From positions 858,638 through 922,637 of the forward strand of contig NIVC01000016.1 of NCBI GenBank assembly GCA_002269645.1: a stretch of 64,000 bases of DNA. Reading direction: 5' to 3'. The stretch is from Macrostomum lignano. Lineage: Eukaryota. The translations under genes were made by a program, and so were the position numbers. The notes under the pieces are model-generated. The model was not told the DNA's origin and did not search any database. It was given only the letters and a program-made list of their open reading frames with translations. Positions 52,301-62,599 of this stretch are shown here, piece by piece. Position 1 is the first letter of the stretch. Each line of letters begins with the position of its first letter.

Positions 52301-55300
52301 TGTTGTTAACTCACAAAATTATTAACAAAAATTTGTTAATCTTTTAGTTCAAAAAATCTTAAAGGCAGTCTGTTTACATTAATAAAAAATCTTAAGGCTT
52401 ATTAATGGACTGGTGCCCAACACTGCATATGTGTGTTGCCAATAGAAATGGCCACATGAATCCCTAGGTTGTACCCAAGCATGTATTTGACATAGTTAAA
52501 TGACAATTATTTTTTGAAATGGAGGCAGGGTAAATTGTGGAACTTTATTGTATAACAGTCCTTGACTATAGTCAAAGGCTATATTTAATAAATAGCTTAT
52601 TATTTAAGCAATAGTAAGATAAGATTCTGTGGCTTATTAAATCTACAAAAAATTTATGTACACAGGCTTTTATGATATAGCTCGTACTAATTTCAATGGT
52701 ACATTAATCTTATTAACTACATTTTGAAAATCCCTAGTTTTCTAATCAATTAAAGGTTGTTGAAAATTTCACTTTTAATATTGAAGTATATGCCACTCAT
52801 GCCAATTTCAAGGTTCATTTTTATTTCTGCTTTATTGGTAATGCATTTAGTTAAAATTTAGCATCTTCTGGTTGCTAAAGATCATAATAATACTTCACTT
52901 ATATGCTGCTTAAATTCATATACATGAGTATGACTAGTATTCACTAAATGTTCACTAAATAAACATAAACTCTGCCTGGTTTCCTCTCAAGGTCCGAGCC
53001 AACAACCTGCAGGACCTTGTGTACAAAAGTGGCCAAGCTGGAGTCACCAAGGCAACCGTCTCCATCGTGTTTGACAACACTGACAAGAACCAGAAGCCGC
53101 TAGGCTACGAAGATTACGAAGAGATCACAATCACTAGGCAGATTGTGATTGGCGGCCGCAACAAATACCTCATCAATGGCAACTGCGCGCCTAACAACCG
53201 GGTGCACGATCTGTTTCACTCGGTACAGCTAAATATTAACAATCCGCATTTTCTTATCATGCAGGGTCGCATCACCAAGGTGCTTAATATGAAGCCGCCT
53301 GAGGTAAATTGCCTGTCTTTGCCTGTGCATTACAAATTTATTGTAATTCTACAACCTATAATCCTCCTGACGTGACTAAAATCCCAAGCTCAGGATCATA
53401 GGGAATCTATAGATCTAGGTTACCTGTCCATAGATCTGTTCTCCCAGTCTCCAGATCAGGATCCCCAATCCCCAGATCAATATTCTCAAACTCTAGATCA
53501 AGATTCCCAATCCCTATATCAAGATCCTAAATCCATAGATCAAGATCCCAAATCCATAGATCAAGATCCCCAATCCATAGGTCAAGATCCCAAATTCCTA
53601 GATCAAGATCTCTAACTCCTTGAGATCTAAATCCCAAAATCCCAAATCCATAGATCGGGATCCTAAATCCATAGATCAAGATCCCCAATCCATAGATCAA
53701 GATCCCGAATCCCTAGATCAAGATTTCTAATCCCTAGATCAAGATTTCTAATCCCTAGATCAAGATCTCAAATCCATAGATCAAGATCCCAAATCCATAG
53801 ATCAAGATCCCTAACTCCTAGGACCTAGATCAAGATCCCGAATCAATAGATCAAGATCCCGAATCAATAGATCAAGATCCCGAATCAATAAATCAAGATC
53901 CCGAATCAATAGATCAAGATCTCCAATCCCTAGATCAAGATCTCCAATCCCTAGATCAAGATCCCAATCCCTAGATCAAGATGTATAACCCCTAGATCAA
54001 GATCTCCAATCCCTAGATCAAGATCCCAATCCCTAGATCAAGATCCCGAATCCCTAGATCAAGATCCTAATCCCTAGATCAAGATCTCTAACCCCTAGAT
54101 CAAAGATCCCAAATCCGTAGATCAAGATCTCTAACTCCTAGGACCTAGATCAAGATCCCGAATCAATAGATCAAGATCTCGAATCAATAGATCAAGATCT
54201 CCAATCCCTAGATCAAGATCCCAACCCCTAGATCAAGATCTCAAATCCTTAGATCAAGATCTTAACACCTAGATTAAGATCTTAACACCTAGATCAAGAT
54301 CCCGAATCAATAGATCAAGATTCCGAATCAATAGGTCAAGATCCCGAATCAATAAATCAAGATCCCGAATCAATAGATCAAGATCTCAAATCCTTAGATC
54401 AAGATCTTAACACCTAGATTAAGATCTTAACACCTAGATCAAGATCCCGAATCAATAGATCAAGATTCCGAATCAATAGATCAAGATTCCGAATCAATAG
54501 ATCAAGATCCCGAATCAATAAATCAAGATCCCGAATCAATAGATCAAGATCTCCAATCCCTAGATCAAGATCCCAATCCCTAGATCAAGATGTATAACCC
54601 CTAGATCAAGATCTCCAATCCCTAGATCAAGATCCCAATCCCTAGATCAAGATCCCGAATCCCTAGATCAAGATCCTAATCCCTAGATCAAGATCTCTAA
54701 CCCCTAGATCAAAGATCCCAAATCCGTAGATCAAGATCTCTAACTCCTAGGACCTAGATCAAGATCCCGAATCAATAGATCAAGATCTCGAATCAATAGA
54801 TCAAGATTCCGAATCAATAGATCAAGATCTCGAATCAATAGATCAAGATCTCCAATCCCTAGATCAAGATCCCAATCCCTAGATCAAGATGTCTAACCCC
54901 TAGATCAAGATCTCAAATCCTTAGATCAAGATCTTAACACCTAGATTAAGATCTTAACACCTAGATCAAGATCCCGAATCAATAGATCAAGATTCCGAAT
55001 CAATAGATCAAGATCCCGAATCAATAAATCAAGATCCCGAATCAATAGATCAAGATCTCCAATCCCTAGATCAAGATCCCAATCCCTAGATCAAGATCCC
55101 GAATCCCTAGATCAAGATCCTAATCCCTAGATCAAGATCTCTAACCCCTAGATCAAAGATCCCAAATCCGTAGATCAAGATCTCTAACTCCTAGGACCTA
55201 GATCAAGATCCCGAATCAATAGATCAAGATCTCGAATCAATAGATCAAGATCTCCAATCCCTAGATCAAGATCCCAACCCCTAGATCAAGATCTCAAATC

Positions 55301-58300
55301 CTTAGATCAAGATCTTAACACCTAGATTAAGATCTTAACACCTAGATCAAGATCCCGAATCAATAGATCAAGATTCCGAATCAATAGGTCAAGATCCCGA
55401 ATCAATAAATCAAGATCCCGAATCAATAGATCAAGATCTCCAATCCCTAGATCAAGATCCCGAATCCCTAGATCAAGATCTAAGTATTATGGGCTATAAG
55501 GTTATAGGTTTGTCATCTCTAAATGTTCAAACCCTACAATCAATCATTACAACCCTAAAACCCACAATCCAAAGTCTGAAAAGTATTTGACCTCATCGTC
55601 ATTATTCCTTAATCCTTAAATCATAGTCTTTGATCCCAAATCCTGAGAAATCACAATACCAAATATGTCGCTTTACTAACGCATTTCTCTCAATTGAAAA
55701 AAATGTTTTATTTTCCTGCAGATTCTCTCTCTACTAGAGGAGGCGGCCGGCACGAAACTCTACGAGACCAAAAAGGAGCAGGCGCAGAAGACTATTGAGA
55801 AGAAGGACTTTAAACTGCGGGAAATTGAATCTGTAAGTTATAATATTGCTCACATTTTTCTAGCTTTGAGAAGCTACCAGCTAGCTGTTAATTAAATATT
55901 GAGTATCTGATCTTTTTTGAGTATTTTTTGAGAGTGTACAGGCCTGATGATTAGAAAGCCAGGGCCGATGTACACTCTGTGTGAGCGTGTGCATGAGTGC
56001 CGTGCCTGAGTACAGTATTGGCGCGCTGGCATGTGCCCAGGAGTCAACGGAATGTGCAGAATTGCAGTCAGCGCTGGCTGTGGGACCATGTCACCGAAGG
56101 CGGTGCACCATTGTGCCACCGGACACTTAAATTTGTGCTTAATAAGTTCAATCGCCTATATTGCATTGAATTTCTGTTTATATAATCGCTATATGCCTCT
56201 CGCAGTAGTCTATCAGATGCCAATAGCCTTGCCTCTTCTGCCCATCATATGATCCCTCCTCAGCTCCTAGCATCGGAGATTCTCCCAACTCTGACTAAGC
56301 TGCGCAAGGAGCGACACGTGTATCAGGAGTATCAGCAGGTTTGCCGCGAGGTGGAGTTCCTGCAGCACTTCACCGTGGCCTACAGGTACTACTGCTACGA
56401 GCAGACTAAGGAGAAAGCCGATATTGAAGTGGTTGAGGCTCGGGAGAAGACTGCCCTGCTGCAGGTGAGGTTTTTATTTGCTCTACTGTCTTAAATTTTT
56501 CATACCTGAAATCCGAAGTCTTTTTTAATTATCTTCACTGTGAGAATAGAATTCTTCATTTCTGTTACGGGGCAATCTGAAGGTGGTGGGGGGGGAACAA
56601 TCTGAAGGTGGTAGGGGGACAATCTGAAGGTGGTGGGGGGACAATCTGAAGGTGGTGGGACAATCTGAAGGTGGTGGGGGCAATCTGAAGGTGGTGGGGG
56701 GGACAATCTGAAGGTGGTAGGGGGACACTCTGAAGGTGGTGAGGGGGACAATCTGAAGCTGGTGGAGGGGACAATCTGAAGGTAGTAGGGGGACACTCTG
56801 AATGTGGTGAGGGGGACAATCTGAAGGTGGTGGGGGGACAATCTGAAGGTGGTGGGGACAATCTGAAGGTGGTGGGGGCAATCTGAAGGTGGTGGGGGGG
56901 CAATCTGAAGGTGGTGGGGGGACAATCTGAAGGTGGTGGGGGGGCAATCTGAAGGTGGTGGGGGGACAATCTGAAGGTAGAGGGGGGCAATCTGAAGGTG
57001 GTGGGGGGACAATCTGAAGGTAGAGGGGGGCAATCTGAAGGTGGTGGGGGGACAATCTGAAGGTAGTGGGGAAGGGCAATCTAAAGGTAATGGGGGGACA
57101 CTGAAGGTAGAGGGGGGAAAAGGGAACAATCTGATGGTATTCCGAGCTCCCATTTCGCCGGCGCCACCCGAAGGAGGAGCAGCAGCAGGCCCAGAAGCAG
57201 CTGTCGGCCCTGTCAGAGGAAGCCGACCGTCTTTGCCGGGAGCGCGACGAGCAGAGCGGCCGAGGCCTGGAAGAGCGCGAGGAGCTGCACAAGGCCGCCC
57301 TGCAGGAGGAGGCCCTGGCCCAGTCGGCTCTGGTGGCCGCCGCTGACGCCGTGAAAGCCGAAGAGAAACGAATGCGCGAACTGGACAAAGCTTTGCTGGC
57401 CAGACAGAAAGCCCTTGCCGGCAAGGAGAAAGACTTCGAACGGGTTCGCGACAGTTTCCAAGAATTGGAGCAGCGAATGGCCGCGGCCGAGGCCGAGATG
57501 GCTGCGGCTGAGAAGCACCTGCAGGCTGTCAGCTCCGGCCTGGCCGCTAATGAGGAGGGCGGTGAAGCCGCCTCGCTTGAGATGCAGCTGTGCAGTGAGT
57601 TCACTTACCAGCTAGTGTGGTCTGTTTAGATAGGTAGTTGGGTGCACTGATGTGGGGTAGTTTAGGGGTGCACTGATGTGGGGTAGTTTAGGGGTGCACT
57701 GACAAGGGTAGAGGGGTGCACTGACAAGGGTAGAGGGTGCACTGATGAGGGGTAGAGTGGTGCACTGACAAGGGTAGAGGGGTGCACTGACAAGGGTAGA
57801 GGGTGCACTGATGAGGGGTAGAGTGGTGCACTGACAAGGGTAGAGGGGTGCACTGCACTGACAAGGGTAGAGGGGTGCACTGACAAAGGTAGAGGGGGGG
57901 GCACTGACAAGGGTAGAGGGGTGCACTGACAAAGGTAGAGGGGGGGCACTGACAAGGGTAGAGGGGTGCACTGCACTGACAAGGGTAGAGGGGTGCACTG
58001 CACTGACAAGGGTAGAGGGGTGCACTGATAAGGGGTAGAGGGGTGCACTGACAAGGGGTAAAGGGGTGCACAGATAAGCGAAAGCCAAGGATTGCAAAGC
58101 CACGACACGGTGAATTGAATTTCCTTTCAGCCACTCGCAACGAGATTAGCGAGGCGGAGAGCCGAATCAAGCGCAGCGAATTGAAGTCGCGCCATCTGCA
58201 ATCGGAGATCAAAGAGAAAAGATCTCAGCTAGGCCGAATGCAGAGCTCTGCCAGCACGGAGCAGAAGCAGCTGGATAATTATAAGCGTAGCGTGGCTCAC

Positions 58301-61300
58301 CTTGAGGTAAGCGGCCCGCGTGTTGGTAGCAAGCATGAGCCCTGTATGCATTCGCTTCACTTGCTACTTGCTTCACTTCGTTTAGTAGAATAAAGTACAG
58401 TGGCTGATTCTAGTAAGCTTCGATCTTAGTTAGTGCAAGCCTTGATGCCCTGTTTATTTTCCCCGTGGAGGAGGAGAGGGGTGTTTCGATTCATGCTTCT
58501 GTCCAATGGGTGACAGAGGGCACTGACGCCCTTGACCGGATCTTGCTCGCGTGAGTTGGCTAGAAGCTGCATCTTTTTCAGACCTTATTTAGTCGCAGTT
58601 CCTCTTCAGCCTCAACAACAAGTGAGGCAAAACAAACAGGATTCGGTCGTATTTTTGCTAGAAGTGCTCAAAAATATTATTCTAGTTTATTGTTTTTAAT
58701 CTCTGCATTCGCCTCCGTCTAAAGGCCGGGATTACTTCGGGTTTGTTTGCTGATGCAGAAATGTGGTGATAAGATGTGCAGAGATGAAGCGTGAAGACGT
58801 GTGGGTAAAAGTACATCAAGTGAAATATCAACGGATATAATAGAGAGTCGGTTGAACTTTTAGTCCGAGGACTGGGGGGTCTCCACACAGCCTCAATTAC
58901 CCTAGTTAATGCTGGCACCCATTTTACAGCTGGCTGGGTGAACTGAAGCAATGCAGAGCTGAGTGTCTTGCTAAAGGACACAAACTGTTCCGATTCTGAG
59001 TCGTGAGTCCGACGCTCTAGGCTACAATCTCCAATTTGAATCCTTAACGAGTGGCAGCCTTTCAGTGCGAGAGTGACAGATATTCAAAAAGGGGGATAGA
59101 CAGTTATTAGTAGTAGTGATATACCGTAGATGCAATAACAGAGCAACAGAAAATCAACAGGCGAGTGACAGACAGTCAATAGAAGAGTGACAGACAGTCA
59201 ATAGAAGAGTGACAGACAGTCAATAAAAGAGTGACAGACAGTCAATAGAAGAGTGACAGACATTCAATAGAAGAGTTACAGACAGCCAATAAAAGTGTGA
59301 CAAAAATTGATAGAAGACTGACAGATACTCGATAGAAGAGTGACAGGCATTCGGCAGAAGAGTAACAGGCAGCTGTGCATAAAAAGAGTGACAGGCAGTC
59401 AATAGAAGAGTGACAGGCATTCAGTAGAAAAGTGACAAAATTTATAGATTGACAGGCAGTGCATAGAAGAGTGACAGGCAGTACATAGTAGACTGACAGG
59501 CAGTTAATAGAAGAGTGACAGGCAGTGCATAGAAGAGTGACAGGCAGTACATAGTAGACTGACAGGCAGTTAATAGAAAAGTGACAGGCAGTGCATAGAA
59601 GAGTGACAGGCAGTACATAGTAGACTGACAGGCAGTTAATAGAAGAGTGACAGGCAGTACATAGTAGACTGACAGGCAGTTAATAGAAGAGTGACAGGCA
59701 GTTAATAGAAGAGTGACAGGCAGTACATAGTAGACTGACAGGCAGTTAATATAAGAGTGACGGATATTCGATAGAAGAGTGACAGGCAGTGTATAGAAGA
59801 GTGACAGGCAGTGCATAGAAGAGTGGCAGATATTCGATAGAAGAGTGACAGTCAGGCAGGCGGCTAGCCGTCACCGCGGTGACTCGCCCTCCCCCCCCCC
59901 GCAGAAGCAGCTGGCCGAGACCGGCTTCGACGAGGCCGCCGAGCAGCGACTGCTCGAGCGCCAGTCGGCCCTGCAACGCGAGCTGCATGAGACGGGCCGC
60001 CATCTGGAGGAATTCCAATCCGCTAATCCCGGCTGGGATTCGACTACACGGACCCAGAGCCGCGGTTCGATCGCCGCCGCGTGCTCGGACCCGTATGCCA
60101 GCTGCTCGAAGCTGTTGACGAGAAATTCGCCGTGGCCCTTGAGGTCACCGCCGGCGCCAAGCTGTTCAACGTTGTGGTCGACACCGAGGCCACGGCCAAG
60201 CTGCTGCTGCAGCGGGGCCAGCTCAGGCAGAAGACAACGTTTATACCGTTGAATAAGATCTCGGCCAGGTGCCTGCCTAAACACCAGGCCGATTTGGCTG
60301 TCCAGGTGGCCGGACAAGGCCGAGCTTATCCGGCCCTGGATCTGGTTAGGCGGGACAAATCCGTTGAGGCCGCCGCTCAGTTTGTGTTCGGCGCCAGCTT
60401 TGTGGTGCAGGATGATGAGGCCGGCAGGAAGGTGCGTTTCCTGGGTTTATGTCTATGGTCTTTTCTCATACTGTTGAGGTTATCTCTGATCCTCTTAGAT
60501 CGCCATTTAGGTCACCTCTATGACCTCCCAGATCGTCATTAAGGTCATCTTTACGACCTCCCAGAAAGTCTTTAAGGTCATCTCTATGACCTCCCAGAAA
60601 GTCGTTAAGGTCATCTCTATGACCTCCCAGAAGGTCGTTAAGGTCATCTCTATGACCTCCCAGATCGTCATTAAGGTCATCTCTATGACCTCCCAGATCG
60701 TCATTAGGGTCATATGACCTCCCAGATCGTCATTAGGGTCATCTCTATGACCTCCCAGATCGTCATTAGGGTCATCTCTATGACCTCCCAGATCGTCATT
60801 AGGGTCATCTCTATGACCTCCCAGATCGTCATTAGGGTCATCTCTATGACCTCCCAGATCGTCATTAGGGTCATCTCTATGACCTCCCAGATCGTCATTA
60901 GGGTCATCTCTATGACCTCCCAGATCGTCATTAGGGTCATCTCTATGACCTCCCAGATCGTCATTAGGGTCATCTCTATGACCTCCCAGATCGTCATTAG
61001 GGTCATCTCTATGACCTACCAGATCGTCATTAGGGTCATCTCTATGACCTCCCAGATCGTCATTAGGGTCATCTCTATGAGACTCTCATACAGGGCATCT
61101 CTTTGACCCTCCCAGATCCTCATACTGCGCCATCTAAATGATCTAAAGCCTCAAGGGATCATGGCCATCCTCACCCGCAGGTGGCCTTCCATCGGGACAT
61201 CCGCCGCCGGGCGGTGACCCTGGAGGGCGAGGTGTACAGCCCGAGGGCACTCTCTCCGGCGGTTTTCGCGGCAGCCGCGAGCCGACGCTGCTGAAAGCCG

Positions 61301-62409
61301 CCAAGCTGCGCCAGCTGCGGGAGCGCGCCGAGGCGACGCGGCGACAGCTGGCCGAAGTGGCCGAATCGGTCAGGCAGGCGGAGGCCTCGGCCGGCCGCTA
61401 CCAGCAGCTGCGGCAGGACTTGGACCAGAAGCGGCACGAGCTGGCTCTGCTGGAGCAGCGAATTGGCAACACGGATCACCAGCAGCTGGCCAAGCACCTG
61501 GAGGAGCTGCAGGCTGAGCTGGACAGCGAGCAGACTGCAGCAGCCGAGGCCAACGCCGCCTTGAAGCGGCTGCGCGAACGGGAGGCCAGTCTGGCCGAGC
61601 AGGTCAAGGATGCCGCCGCTGTGCAGGAGCGAGAGATGAAGGCGGCGCAGGTGAGAATGCTAGTCTAGCCAATAGGAGATGAAAAAAGGAATCTCAAAGA
61701 TGATGATGAAGAAAGAGAATGGGCTGCTAATCTAGCCCACATCAGTGATAGAATAGAATGGATTGCTAATCTAGCCTACATTAATGATGAAGGAATAGAA
61801 TGGATTGCTAATCTAGCCTACATCAATAAATGAGGGAATAGAATGGATTGCTAATCTAGCCTACATCAATGATGAAAGAATAGAATGGATTGCTAATCTA
61901 GCCTACATCAATGATGAAAGAATAGAATGGATTGCTAATCTATCCTAAATCAATGATGAAAGAATGGAATGGATTGCTAATCTATCCTAAATCAATGATG
62001 AAAGAATAGAATGGATTGCTATCTAGCCTACATCAATGATGAAGGAATAGAATGGGTTGCTAATCTAGCCTACATCAATGATGAAGGAATACAATGGATT
62101 GTTAATCTAACAATCAAGCTCTACGTGGGCTCTACTCCCATTATTTGCATCGGGACTTGAATTCAAAGTGGTTCAATTTGAACCCCAATCGCCCCCCTCC
62201 AGGCTCGCATAGCCAAGGCCCAACACGAACGGGAGGCGCGACGAGCCGATGTGGAAAACTGGCAGCCGCAGCACGACACCCTGCAGCTGGAGATCGAGGA
62301 GTTGCGCAAGGAGGCCGCCAGCCTCGAAGAGCAAATCGCCGCCGCCAAGGAGTCCGTCGAGGCCCGCTCTGGAGAGGTTCAGGAGAAGCGGGTGAGTCGC
62401 TTGCTAGTG

Positions 62410-62466
<57 letters not shown>

Positions 62467-62563
62467 TTCCGTCTGTCTGTCTGTCTGTCTGTCTTTCCGT
62501 CTGTCTGTCTGTCTGTCTGTCTGCCTGCCTGCCTGCCTGCCTGTGTCTGTCTGTCTGTCTGCC

Positions 62564-62599
<36 letters not shown>

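Larger units (their letters stand above)
46930..52500. mobile_element. Older inverted-repeat element interrupted by the gypsy insertion
   Basis: Exact inverted matches TGGCCATTTCTATTGG (46958-46973 vs 52439-52454) and TATGCAGTGTTGGGCAC (47049-47065 vs 52413-52429), within longer degenerate similarity. Confidence 0.5.

Noticed and set aside
55890-56140. GC-richer intronic patch as Helitron end or structured RNA
   Set aside because: Only a weak hairpin, no CTRR terminus in the right position, and no recognisable family.
56525-62348. Minus-strand ORFs overlapping SMC2 exons (359, 148, 108 aa and others)
   Set aside because: Antisense shadows of GC-rich coiled-coil codons plus repeats; no independent motifs.
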